The notes under the pieces: generated by a model
What the model was told of the DNA's origin: nothing
Seen by the model: the letters and a program-made list of their open reading frames with translations, nothing else
Database searches by the model: none
Shown here: in pieces, positions 27,182-37,283 of the stretch
How positions within the stretch are numbered: position 1 is the first letter of the stretch
Layout of the letters: the number at the start of each line of letters is the position of its first letter
Program-made: the position numbers and the translations under genes
Source of the DNA: a virus
Taxonomy: Duplodnaviria > Caudoviricetes
Length of the DNA: 63,000 nucleotides
IMG/VR virus record: IMGVR_UViG_3300042938_000809
Span: 1-63,000 of that record
Direction: 5' to 3' (one strand)

Positions 27182-27413
27182 AGCCGTACTTGAGTTAATC
27201 AAGGTTGCTGAAGAAGCTATCTTAAACAACGGAGAGGACGATCTATCTGCTGATAAATTAAAAAATGCAGCAGCCACAAAAAAACTAGCTATTTTCGATG
27301 CGTTCGAAATACTCAGTAGGATCGAAGAAGAAGACAATATTCTTGAGGATCGACCGAAAGAAGAAGTTGAGAAAGTTGCATTCAAAGGCTTTGCAGAAAG
27401 GAGATCTAAATAA
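27135..27413 (+). CDS. putative terminase small subunit
   Basis: Short helical protein immediately upstream of the large terminase. Confidence 0.5.
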   Translation: MNVKETKKNIILAGHKAVLELIKVAEEAILNNGEDDLSADKLKNAAATKKLAIFDAFEILSRIEEEDNILEDRPKEEVEKVAFKGFAERRSK

Positions 27414-29623
27414 TGTACGAGCAAAGTTTAGTTAAGTCAATTGAACCTATTAAACTTACAACCATATCTAGGTTGAACAAAGCTAAGAAGTGGGAGTATG
27501 GATATAATAAGGAACACGATATTGTAGTAATAAGTAAAACTGGCCAGATAGGCGATATATACGAGATACAGAATCTTAAAATAGCTTTACCTAAAACTCC
27601 AGCCAAGATTGACAATATAAATAACAAATGGACAGTATCTGATTATCCAAAAGAACTAAAAAGCATTAAGAGCGTTTTTGATTGGAGAGAATACCCTGAA
27701 GCATTTAAAGAAAAGTGGGAAGGTTATATTGATGAGGAGTTTAAACGTAGGGAGGAAGGTCATTGGTTTGTTAATAAAGGAATAAACACATATATAACTG
27801 GTACACATTATATGTACCTACAATGGTCAAAAATTGACGTTGGACCACCTGAATTTAGAGAAGCAAATAGATTGTTTTTTATATTTTGGGAGGCTTGCAA
27901 AGCAGATAATAGATGTTACGGTATGTGCTATTTAAAGAATAGACGTTCCGGATTTTCATTTATGGCTTCAGGCGAAACGGTAAACCTAGCTACAATAACC
28001 GGTGATGGACGATTTGGTATATTATCAAAGTCAGGGGCGGATGCTAAAAAAATGTTTACAGATAAGGTTGTACCCATATCATTAAACTATCCGTTCTTTT
28101 TCAAGCCAATACAAGATGGTATGGATAGACCGAAAACGGAACTTGCGTATCGTATACCTGCTTCTCGTTTAACAAGAAAGTCTATACAATCTAAAGATAA
28201 GACAGAAGTACTTGAAGGTCTTGATACAACTATTGACTGGAAAAACACAGGAGATAATGCTTATGACGGTGAAAAACTACAGTTGTTAGTTCATGATGAG
28301 TCCGCTAAATGGTTAAGACCAGATAACATTTTGAATAACTGGAGGGTAACCAAAACTTGTTTAAGGTTAGGTAGTAGAATTATTGGTAAGTGTATGATGG
28401 GATCAACATCAAACGCATTAGACAAAGGCGGTGAAAACTACAAAAGTTTATATTATAATTCTGACGTAACAAAAAGAAATAGGAACGGTCAAACTAGATC
28501 AGGTTTATATGCTTTATTTATTCCAATGGAATGGAACTATGAGGGTTTTATCGACCAATATGGTCACCCTGTATTTGACACGCCTAAGAAAGATGTTTTA
28601 AGCCCTCAGGGGGATATAATCGACATCGGGGTTATAGAACATTGGAACAATGAAGTTGATGGCTTAAAAGGAGACCAGGACGCTTTAAATGAATTATACA
28701 GACAATTTCCAAGAACCGAAGAACACGCGTTTAGGGATGAGACAAAAAGCAGTATATTTAATTTAGCAAAAATATACGAGCAAATAGATTACAATAGCGA
28801 TTTACGTTTTAGCAATGTAATTACGCGTGGGAGTTTCTCTTGGGCTAATGGTATTAAAGACTCTAAAGTAGTTTTTAATCCAAATGAGAATGGTAGGTTT
28901 CTAATAACCTGGGTGCCATCTGCTAATTTACAAAATAGTCAGATTGTACGTAATGGGTTTAAGTTTCCGGGAAATGAACATATAGGTGCTTTTGGTTGTG
29001 ATAGTTATGATATATCCGGAACAACTGATGGGCAAGGTTCAAAAGGAGCTTTGCACGGATTAACAAAATTTTCTATGGAAGATGCACCGCCAAACACATT
29101 TTTCCTACAATACGTTGCTCGCCCTCAAACAGCGGAAACATTTTTTGAAGAAGTGCTAATGGCCTGTGTATTTTACGGCATGCCAATTTTAGCAGAAAAC
29201 AATAAACCTAGATTATTATATTATTTTAAAAGAAGAGGATACCGTGGCTATTCAATAAATAGACCCGATAAATTATGGACTAAATTGTCTGTAACTGAAA
29301 AAGAAATTGGGGGTATACCTAATTCAAGTGAAGATATTAAACAAGCTCATGCCGCTGCTATAGAAAGTTATATACAAAAATATGTTGGTATAAAAGAAGA
29401 TGGCGAGTTTGGCAGTATGTATTTTAATGAAACTTTAAATGATTGGTCAAGATTTGATATAAGTAATAGAACTAAATATGACGCAACAATAAGCTCGGGG
29501 CTAGCTATAATGGCTTGCAATAAAAATATGTATCACCCTTCAGCAGAAGTACAAAGGCAAAAATTGAATTTAACAATCGCTAGGTATACTAATAGCGGTT
29601 CAACATCACAAATAGTAAAATAA
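27413..29623 (+). CDS. terminase large subunit
   Basis: Walker A-like KNRRSGFS, Walker B LLVHDE, coupling motif GSTS, nuclease GCDSYD...ENNK...YDA. Confidence 0.9.
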   Translation: MYEQSLVKSIEPIKLTTISRLNKAKKWEYGYNKEHDIVVISKTGQIGDIYEIQNLKIALPKTPAKIDNINNKWTVSDYPKELKSIKSVFDWREYPEAFKEKWEGYIDEEFKRREEGHWFVNKGINTYITGTHYMYLQWSKIDVGPPEFREANRLFFIFWEACKADNRCYGMCYLKNRRSGFSFMASGETVNLATITGDGRFGILSKSGADAKKMFTDKVVPISLNYPFFFKPIQDGMDRPKTELAYRIPASRLTRKSIQSKDKTEVLEGLDTTIDWKNTGDNAYDGEKLQLLVHDESAKWLRPDNILNNWRVTKTCLRLGSRIIGKCMMGSTSNALDKGGENYKSLYYNSDVTKRNRNGQTRSGLYALFIPMEWNYEGFIDQYGHPVFDTPKKDVLSPQGDIIDIGVIEHWNNEVDGLKGDQDALNELYRQFPRTEEHAFRDETKSSIFNLAKIYEQIDYNSDLRFSNVITRGSFSWANGIKDSKVVFNPNENGRFLITWVPSANLQNSQIVRNGFKFPGNEHIGAFGCDSYDISGTTDGQGSKGALHGLTKFSMEDAPPNTFFLQYVARPQTAETFFEEVLMACVFYGMPILAENNKPRLLYYFKRRGYRGYSINRPDKLWTKLSVTEKEIGGIPNSSEDIKQAHAAAIESYIQKYVGIKEDGEFGSMYFNETLNDWSRFDISNRTKYDATISSGLAIMACNKNMYHPSAEVQRQKLNLTIARYTNSGSTSQIVK

Positions 29624-29624
29624 T

Positions 29625-32051
29625 ATGGCTGAGTCAGTTATAAAAAGTTTTTTTCCGAGCCAAGTAGCTAGCGATAAAGAGAAAATGTCGCAAGAGTATG
29701 GGTTAAAAGTAGGTAGAGCTATTCAAGATGAATGGTTTAAAACCAATTCAGGCACTACCAGGTTCAAAAATAACCAAGCCGCGTTTCACAGATTAAGACT
29801 GTACGCAAGAGGAGAGCAGTCAATACAAAAATATAAAGATGAATTGTCTATTAATGGTGATTTATCTTATCTTAATTTAGATTGGAAGCCAGTCCCTATT
29901 ATCCCTAAATTTGTAGATATAGTAGTGAATGGTATTGCAGATAGAGGCTTTGATATAAAAGCATATTCGCAAGACCCTTATGGAGTTAATAAACGCACAG
30001 AGTTTATGGAGTCTATAATAAGGGATATGCAAACACAAGAATTAAACAGGTTTGCAGAAGAAAAGTTTGGCGTTAATTTATTTGAAAACCCGCCTGAACA
30101 ATTACCTGAGTCTAAAGAAGAGTTGGATATATACATGCAACTAACATACAAGCAAGGTGTAGAAATAGCGGAAGAAGTAGCTATCAATACTATATTAGAC
30201 GGTAATAGATACGACTTGACGAAAAGAAGAATCATATATGACATTACAACATTAGGAATAGGTTGTGCAAAAAATACTTATAATAAGGCTCAAGGTATTA
30301 AAGTGGAATATGTGGATCCAGCTAATTTAGTATACTCATATACGGAGTCTCCATACTTTGATGATATATACTATGTTGGCGAGATTAAGTCTGTTCCAAT
30401 AAATGAATTGAAATTACAATTCCCAGAATTAACGAATGAAGACTTAGAATCTATATCTCAACAGGGTTACCAAAATAACACTTTTTTTGATACAGTAAGA
30501 AATTCACAAGACAATGCTGATTCTAATACAATACAACTATTGTATTTTAATTATAAGACTTACATGAATGAAGTCTATAAGGTTAAAGAAACTGCCACAG
30601 GAGCTTCAAAAATAATAGTTAGAGATGATCAATTTGACCCACCGATAGATGAGCTAGAAGCTAAATACGGTAAGATGTCTAGATCGCTTGAAGTATTATA
30701 TGAAGGCGTATTAGTATTAGGCACACCAAGATTACTCAAATGGGAGATAGCTAAAAACATGATGCGCCCAAAGAGTGATTATACTAAAGTTAAAATGAAC
30801 TATAGTATAGTTGCACCTAGAATGTATAAAGGTAGAATAGAATCGTTAGTTGGTAGAATTACCGGCTTTGCGGATATGATACAACTAACACATTTGAAAT
30901 TACAACAAGTTTTATCTAGAATGGTGCCAGATGGTGTATATCTAGACGCTGATGGACTTTCAGAAGTTGATTTGGGTAATGGCACAAGTTATAATCCACA
31001 GGAAGCATTAAATATGTATTTCCAAACAGGATCTGTAATAGGTAGGTCATTTACGCAAGAAGGAGATATGAATCCTGGCAAGATACCAATTCAAGAGTTG
31101 AATACGGGCAATGCTGGTGGTAAAATGCAAAGCTTAATAGGCACATATAATTATTACTTAGGTATGATCAGGGATGTGACGGGATTAAACGAAGCAAGAG
31201 ACGGTTCAACACCGGATGCTAATGCCTTAGTAGGGGTACAAAAAATGGCGGCTGCTAATTCAAATACCGCAACTAGACATATATTACAAAGTGGTTTATT
31301 TATTACCGCTGAGATGGCTGAAATGCTTTCGTTAAGAATTTCAGATGTATTAGAATACGGGCCGTCAAAAGAAGCATTCGTACAAAAGATAGGAGGACAC
31401 AATGTTGGTATCCTGGAAGAACTAAAAGATTTACATCTTCATGATTTTGGTATATTCATAGAATTAGTTCCTGACGATGAGGAAAGGCAAATGCTAGAAA
31501 ATAATATACAGGTATCACTCGCCCAAAAGAATATAGATATAGAAGACGCTATTGATATTAGAGAAGTAAAGAATCTAAAGTTAGCAAACCAACTATTAAA
31601 AATAAAAAGGAAAAAGAAGGTAGAAAGAGACCAAGCTATGCAGCAAGAGAATATGCAGGCACAAGCTGAAGCTAATATGCAAACTCAACAACAAGCAGCA
31701 CAACTAGAAATACAGAAAGAACAACAATTAATTTCGCAGAAAATACAGTTAGAACAAACTAAAGCAGAATTAGAGTTAAGACGTATGGAAAGAGAAATTG
31801 CTGCTAAAAGAGAATTGATGCAGTTAGAATTTGAATTAAGCATGCAATTAAAGGGCGTTGAAGCTGATGCTTACAAAGCAAAAGAAGGTTTTAAAGAAGA
31901 CCGCAAAGACGATAGAACAAAAATACAAGCTACACAGCAAAGTAAATTAATTGAACAACGTCAAGGGGCTGTTGGACCACAAGATTTTGAATCGTCAGGT
32001 AATGACATAATGGACGGTGGATTTGGTTTAAATTCTTTCGACCCTAAGTAA
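29625..32051 (+). CDS. portal protein
   Basis: 808 aa after the terminase; PIIPKFVD, IRDVTGLNEARDG, Gln-rich C-terminal coiled coil. Confidence 0.85.
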   Translation: MAESVIKSFFPSQVASDKEKMSQEYGLKVGRAIQDEWFKTNSGTTRFKNNQAAFHRLRLYARGEQSIQKYKDELSINGDLSYLNLDWKPVPIIPKFVDIVVNGIADRGFDIKAYSQDPYGVNKRTEFMESIIRDMQTQELNRFAEEKFGVNLFENPPEQLPESKEELDIYMQLTYKQGVEIAEEVAINTILDGNRYDLTKRRIIYDITTLGIGCAKNTYNKAQGIKVEYVDPANLVYSYTESPYFDDIYYVGEIKSVPINELKLQFPELTNEDLESISQQGYQNNTFFDTVRNSQDNADSNTIQLLYFNYKTYMNEVYKVKETATGASKIIVRDDQFDPPIDELEAKYGKMSRSLEVLYEGVLVLGTPRLLKWEIAKNMMRPKSDYTKVKMNYSIVAPRMYKGRIESLVGRITGFADMIQLTHLKLQQVLSRMVPDGVYLDADGLSEVDLGNGTSYNPQEALNMYFQTGSVIGRSFTQEGDMNPGKIPIQELNTGNAGGKMQSLIGTYNYYLGMIRDVTGLNEARDGSTPDANALVGVQKMAAANSNTATRHILQSGLFITAEMAEMLSLRISDVLEYGPSKEAFVQKIGGHNVGILEELKDLHLHDFGIFIELVPDDEERQMLENNIQVSLAQKNIDIEDAIDIREVKNLKLANQLLKIKRKKKVERDQAMQQENMQAQAEANMQTQQQAAQLEIQKEQQLISQKIQLEQTKAELELRRMEREIAAKRELMQLEFELSMQLKGVEADAYKAKEGFKEDRKDDRTKIQATQQSKLIEQRQGAVGPQDFESSGNDIMDGGFGLNSFDPK

Positions 32052-32085
32052 TAATACTATTAACACAATTATATAATATTTTATC

Positions 32086-33267
32086 ATGAAAATAGAAGAA
32101 CAAGAAGTTGCCCAAGACTTGGAAATTAGTCCGGTAATACAAGAAGACGGAGTTATAAAAGTAAATTTAGGTAAACTTAACAAAAAGAACAAAGATGCCG
32201 TTCAAGAGCAAAGCGCAGATGAGGTTCCTGTTCTCACAGAACCCGAAGGTGGCGGAGAAATTCAGGAAGCACACAACGAAGAGCCAATTGTCAAAGTTAC
32301 CGGACAAGAAAGCCCCGTTCAAAATGAAGAAAGTGTACTAGAAGAAATAACTGAAGAAGAAGTACAGGAAATTGTAAACACCGTAGAGGTTGATGTGGCG
32401 GAAGCAATAGAAGCCGAGTCTAAAGGAATACCATTACCAGATAATATTCAGAAAGTTGTTGATTTTATTAACGAAACTGGTGGAAGTTTAGAAGATTACG
32501 TAAGACTTAATGCGGATTACGCATCGTTAAATGAGGACCAACTATTAAAAGAGTACTATCAATCAACACGTCCAGATTTAGACGCTGAAGAAATTGAATT
32601 CTTATTAGAGGATAAATTTCAATGGGAAGAAGAATATGATGACGACAAAGATATAAAAAGAAAAAAATTAGCTAGAAAAGAAGAACTACTAAGGGCAAAA
32701 AAGCATTTAGAAGGTTTAAAGTCTAGATATTACGAAGAAATTAAAGCTGGATCTAAATTAAACCCTGAGCAACAAAAAGCTGTTGAGTTTTTTAATAGAT
32801 ACACTAAAGAAAATGAAGAGGATTTAAAAGTAGGCGAAAGACAAAAGTCTATATTCCTTAATAAAACCAAAGAGGTTTTTTCTAATGAGTTCAAAGGTTT
32901 TGAATATGCAGTTGGAGAAAAAAAATACAGGTTTAATGTTAAGAATGTAGATGAGGTTAAAAATACCCAAAGCGACATAAATAATTTTGTTAAGAAGTTT
33001 CTTAATGAAAAACATGAAATGTTTGACGCAAAAGGGTATCACAAATCACTTTTTACTGCAATGAATCCCGACGCAGTTGCGAACCATTTCTATGAGCAAG
33101 GCAAAGCCGATGCAATTAGAGAAAGTATTGCCAAAGCTAAAAACGTTGATATGGATGCAAGGGGTGTTCATGAAGGCGTTACAAATAACTCTGGCTGGTC
33201 TGTAAGGTCCGTTAATGGTGTCGATGCTTCTGAATTTAAAATAAGGATAAAAAATAACAAAATTTAA
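32086..33267 (+). CDS. capsid scaffolding protein (putative)
   Basis: Very acidic N-terminus, helical, between portal and capsid. Confidence 0.65.
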   Translation: MKIEEQEVAQDLEISPVIQEDGVIKVNLGKLNKKNKDAVQEQSADEVPVLTEPEGGGEIQEAHNEEPIVKVTGQESPVQNEESVLEEITEEEVQEIVNTVEVDVAEAIEAESKGIPLPDNIQKVVDFINETGGSLEDYVRLNADYASLNEDQLLKEYYQSTRPDLDAEEIEFLLEDKFQWEEEYDDDKDIKRKKLARKEELLRAKKHLEGLKSRYYEEIKAGSKLNPEQQKAVEFFNRYTKENEEDLKVGERQKSIFLNKTKEVFSNEFKGFEYAVGEKKYRFNVKNVDEVKNTQSDINNFVKKFLNEKHEMFDAKGYHKSLFTAMNPDAVANHFYEQGKADAIRESIAKAKNVDMDARGVHEGVTNNSGWSVRSVNGVDASEFKIRIKNNKI

Positions 33268-33278
33268 AACAACTCATT

Positions 33279-34682
33279 ATGGCAGGTACATTTGCAACCG
33301 CACCGAGTACGCTAGCTAACCTAGCGCATTTAACTCCACGTCCAGTAAAAGGACTTTTTGGGGACAACTATCTTAGCTTATCAGCTATGAATTTTACACA
33401 ACAATTTTTACCAGACGTTTACGAAAAAGAAGTAGAGCGTTATGGTAATCGTACAATCTCAGGTTTCTTGCGTATGGCTGGAGCTGAATTGCCCTTGGCA
33501 TCAGATCAAGCGGTATGGTCAGAACAAGGAAGATTGCACATCGCTTACGAGGGATTAGTAACTCCTACTGGAGGGGCTACTATTACTTTGCCGTCAGGAC
33601 ATTTGCTTGGGGCTGGTATGACAATCGTTGTATCTAAAGGGCCTGTTACTGTAAAAGCTAACGTAATTAGCGTAACAACTACATTAGCGAACATCGTTTG
33701 TTATGGATCTAGCGCAACATTACCACCCGGTCTTACCGATACTACAGATGTTAAACTTTTCGTATTTGGTTCTGAATATGCAAAAGGATCTTCTTTAGCA
33801 GGTAACTCTATCGATGCATCCTTCTCAACATTCTCTAACCAACCAATTATCTTAAGAGATAAATATAGAGTTAGCGGTTCTGACGTTGCTCAAATTGGAT
33901 GGGTAGAAGTAACTACTGAAGCTGGTGGATCTGGATACTTATGGTATTTAAAATCAGAGCATGAAGCTAGAATCCGTTTCGAGGATCAATTAGAAATGTC
34001 TATGATTGAGGCTGAAGTTTCTACTGCTGGTATTACTAATGCTGCAGGTAAAACCTTAAAAGGTACTCAAGGTTTATTTGACGCTATCTCTACTAGAGGT
34101 TTGGTATTCAACGATCCTGACTTTGGCGCTGCTGGTGGTGCTGGTCTTGTTGACTTTGATACTATCCTACAAGAGCTTGACAAACAAGGAGCTATTGAAG
34201 AAAATATGATGTTCTTGAACCGTGCCACTGCACTACAGATTGACAATATGCTTGCTGGTCAAAATACTTACGGCGCTGGTGGTACATCTTATGGTGTATT
34301 TGATAACTCTCAAGATATGGCTTTGAACTTAGGTTTCTCTGGATTCAGAAGAGGTTCTTATGACTTCTACAAAACTGACTGGAAATACTTAAACGATTCA
34401 ACGACTCGTGGTAATATTAATGATGTGTCAGGTGTAATCACCCCTGCTGGAACATCTACAGTTTACGACCAACAATTAGGTCAAAACATTTCACGTCCTT
34501 TCTTACACATCCGTTACAGAGCTTCTGAAGCAGATGATAGACGTTTGAAATCTTGGGTTACTGGTTCTGTTGGAGGTAACTTCACAAATGATACGGACGA
34601 AATGAATGTTCACTTCTTATCTGAAAGAACAATCTGCGTTCAAGCTGCAAATAACTTTGTAATGTTGAAAAAAACAACATAA
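33279..34682 (+). CDS. major capsid protein
   Basis: 467 aa after the scaffold, strong codon bias, followed by a terminator; T.GL motif. Confidence 0.82.
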   Translation: MAGTFATAPSTLANLAHLTPRPVKGLFGDNYLSLSAMNFTQQFLPDVYEKEVERYGNRTISGFLRMAGAELPLASDQAVWSEQGRLHIAYEGLVTPTGGATITLPSGHLLGAGMTIVVSKGPVTVKANVISVTTTLANIVCYGSSATLPPGLTDTTDVKLFVFGSEYAKGSSLAGNSIDASFSTFSNQPIILRDKYRVSGSDVAQIGWVEVTTEAGGSGYLWYLKSEHEARIRFEDQLEMSMIEAEVSTAGITNAAGKTLKGTQGLFDAISTRGLVFNDPDFGAAGGAGLVDFDTILQELDKQGAIEENMMFLNRATALQIDNMLAGQNTYGAGGTSYGVFDNSQDMALNLGFSGFRRGSYDFYKTDWKYLNDSTTRGNINDVSGVITPAGTSTVYDQQLGQNISRPFLHIRYRASEADDRRLKSWVTGSVGGNFTNDTDEMNVHFLSERTICVQAANNFVMLKKTT

Positions 34683-34705
34683 TATTAGCAGTAAACTAAT
34701 GTAAG

Positions 34706-34740
34706 GATTGCCCTCGTTGAATTTACGGGGGCGGTTTTTA
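34706..34740 (+). terminator. intrinsic terminator after the capsid gene
   Basis: GCCCTCGT/ACGGGGGC stem followed by a T tract. Confidence 0.7.
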
Positions 34741-34772
34741 CTTTTTAAACAATTATTAAATTTTATTATATT

Positions 34773-35585
34773 ATGGCAAAAGCTAGAACACAAGAAGAAG
34801 ATGTAGTTATTGAAACAATCGAAACTACAAAAAAACAAAAGTCTGCTCCTAAATGGGTAGTAAAAGATAGGTTATACCAACTAACAGGTGAAAAACAACC
34901 TTTAGTTTTTACAATATCAGGAAAACACACAACTTCATCACCACTTTTATACTACGATGAAGAAACCGGTTACCAAAAAGAAATTAGATATGCAACCAAC
35001 CAACCAAGTGTATTTGCTGAAGAACAAAAAGGCGAAGCTACTTTAGGGAGAATTGTATTCAGAGACGGCGTACTTAAAGTGCCAAAAGAACAACAAAATC
35101 TACAAAAGCTATTAAGCTTATATCACCCATTAAAAAATTTAGTTTACGAAGAGTATGATGCTGAACAAGAATCAGAAGATGACTTAGATTGGATTAACTT
35201 AGAGATTGAGGCATTGATTTGTGCGAAGGGACTTGATATTGAACATGCCGAAGCTGTGTTAAGATCAGAATTCGGAAGTAAGGTTGGTGAATTAACATCA
35301 AACGAACTTAAAAGAGATTTATTAGTATTCGCTAAAAGAAACCCAATTTTATTTTTACAATTAGCTAATGATGATAATGTTTCACTAAGGAATGTAGGTA
35401 TTAAAGCAACTGAAATGGGGCTATTGCAGCTTTCAGAAGATCAAAGAACATTTACATACGGCGAAACAAAAAGAAAATTAATGACTGTTCCGTTTGACGA
35501 ACACCCATATTCAGCATTAGCTGCTTGGTTTAAAACAGATGAAGGAATGGAAGTTTACAAAAATATAGAAAAACGACTTAAATAG
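34773..35585 (+). CDS. conserved hypothetical protein in the morphogenesis module
   Basis: 270-aa ORF after the capsid gene. Confidence 0.7.
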   Translation: MAKARTQEEDVVIETIETTKKQKSAPKWVVKDRLYQLTGEKQPLVFTISGKHTTSSPLLYYDEETGYQKEIRYATNQPSVFAEEQKGEATLGRIVFRDGVLKVPKEQQNLQKLLSLYHPLKNLVYEEYDAEQESEDDLDWINLEIEALICAKGLDIEHAEAVLRSEFGSKVGELTSNELKRDLLVFAKRNPILFLQLANDDNVSLRNVGIKATEMGLLQLSEDQRTFTYGETKRKLMTVPFDEHPYSALAAWFKTDEGMEVYKNIEKRLK

Positions 35586-35592
35586 TCACCAT

Positions 35593-35637
35593 TTTATAGT
35601 AATAGGTCGCTGTAATGGTGGCCTATTTTACTATAAA
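35593..35637 (+). terminator. hairpin / probable terminator
   Basis: TTTATAGTAATAGGTCGC...GTGGCCTATTTTACTATAAA. Confidence 0.55.
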
Positions 35638-35651
35638 TAATAAAAAAAATT

Positions 35652-36377
35652 ATGGCTGTAAGTATAGATACCGTTTACCAAAGAGTATTAGGTATACTCA
35701 ATAAAGAACAAAGAGGATATGTAACACCTCAAGAGTTTAATTTATTTGCCAATCAGGCACAATTAGATATATTCGAACAATATTTTTATGATATAAATCA
35801 GTTTGGCAGAGTTGCTGGAAATAGCACAGAGTATTCTGATATGCTAACGCTGCTAAACGAAAAAATAAATATATTTGAGACTGATGCAACTATGCCTTAC
35901 ATCAGTAGCTATTTTGAATTCCCATCAAATCTGTACCGCCTTGGTACAGTTATATATACAAATGTTACAACAAACGCTTTTGGCGTTGTGCTAACTGAAA
36001 ATATAGAAATAGAAAGAGTTAATAAAAATGAATTTTTATATATAAATTCTTCTCCATTAACCAAACCAACAAATTTACGTCCTATATATGTAGCAGATAC
36101 TAACGGTATAAAAGCATACGGAGATACAGTGCTAATAGACGACGTTAGTTGTAACTATATTAAGAAGCCTGTTAAAGTACAATGGGGCTACCAAATGATT
36201 TATGGTGAAGCCTTATACAATAGCAATACATCACAAGACTTTGAGTTACATCCATCAGATGAAACAGAACTTGTTATGAAAATATTAGCTTTATCTGGGT
36301 TAGTTACTAAAGACCCCGATATTTATTCTACAGCAACCGAAGGCGTAATTACAACTATACAACAAGAAAAATCATAA
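35652..36377 (+). CDS. head-tail adaptor / tail ring protein
   Basis: NKEQRGY.TPQEFN.FA.QAQ...Y.K.P...W...FELH; position in the morphogenesis module. Confidence 0.65.
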   Translation: MAVSIDTVYQRVLGILNKEQRGYVTPQEFNLFANQAQLDIFEQYFYDINQFGRVAGNSTEYSDMLTLLNEKINIFETDATMPYISSYFEFPSNLYRLGTVIYTNVTTNAFGVVLTENIEIERVNKNEFLYINSSPLTKPTNLRPIYVADTNGIKAYGDTVLIDDVSCNYIKKPVKVQWGYQMIYGEALYNSNTSQDFELHPSDETELVMKILALSGLVTKDPDIYSTATEGVITTIQQEKS

Positions 36378-36380
36378 TAA

Positions 36381-37280
36381 ATGGCACTGATAAACGAAAC
36401 TAATGAGCAGTATTACCTAGGTCCTGACGGAATATGGAATAGTCTTGATGAAAACTACGGTGGTTATCAATTTATTCCTATAAAGGATGTAATAAATAAT
36501 TTTGTTATATCGTATGTTGGAGAGGATAAGATAATCAGTAAGATCAAACGGACCGATGTTGCTTTCCACGCCCAGCGAGGTATACAAGAATTAAGTTTTG
36601 ATACATTACCTTCCGTACAGAGTCAAGAAATAGAAGTATCTCCACAATTGTACATGGTGCTACCACAAGACTATGTAAACTACGTTAAACTAACATGGAC
36701 TGACGCTAGCGGAATAGAGAGAGTAATATATCCTGCTATAAAAACAAGTGATCCTAAGCCTATTCTACAGGACAGCCAATTCCAATATACATTCGATAAT
36801 GACGGCCAAATATTATACGCGGCTGAATCTGAGACATTGAAAAAATTTGTTGCGGCTAGTAGCGAGCTAACTCGTGATTCTTTCAGAGAAGACGGACTAA
36901 TAACGCACGATTACGGTAGAAGGTACGGGACAACTCCGGAAAACATGCAGAATAACGGGGTATTTTACATTGATCAAATTAAAGGGTTAATACATTTTAG
37001 TTCCGATTTAGTTGGTAGAATTATAACCATAAAGTACATTAGCGATGGATTAGCTACAGATAAAGGAATGGGAGTGCACAAGTTTGCAGAGGAGGCTTTG
37101 TATAAATATATAGCTCACGCAATATTAGCTACCCGTATTAATACCCCAGAATATGTAGTAGGTAGATTTAAAAAAGAATACCACACCGCGCGTAGAAATG
37201 CTAAAATAAGATTATCAAATATTAAAATAGAAGAAATTACACAGGTAATGCGTAATAAATCAAAACATATAAAACACTAG
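36381..37280 (+). CDS. tail ring / structural protein
   Basis: LPQDYVNYV, YISDG, EEALY.YI. Confidence 0.6.
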   Translation: MALINETNEQYYLGPDGIWNSLDENYGGYQFIPIKDVINNFVISYVGEDKIISKIKRTDVAFHAQRGIQELSFDTLPSVQSQEIEVSPQLYMVLPQDYVNYVKLTWTDASGIERVIYPAIKTSDPKPILQDSQFQYTFDNDGQILYAAESETLKKFVAASSELTRDSFREDGLITHDYGRRYGTTPENMQNNGVFYIDQIKGLIHFSSDLVGRIITIKYISDGLATDKGMGVHKFAEEALYKYIAHAILATRINTPEYVVGRFKKEYHTARRNAKIRLSNIKIEEITQVMRNKSKHIKH

Positions 37281-37283
37281 AGT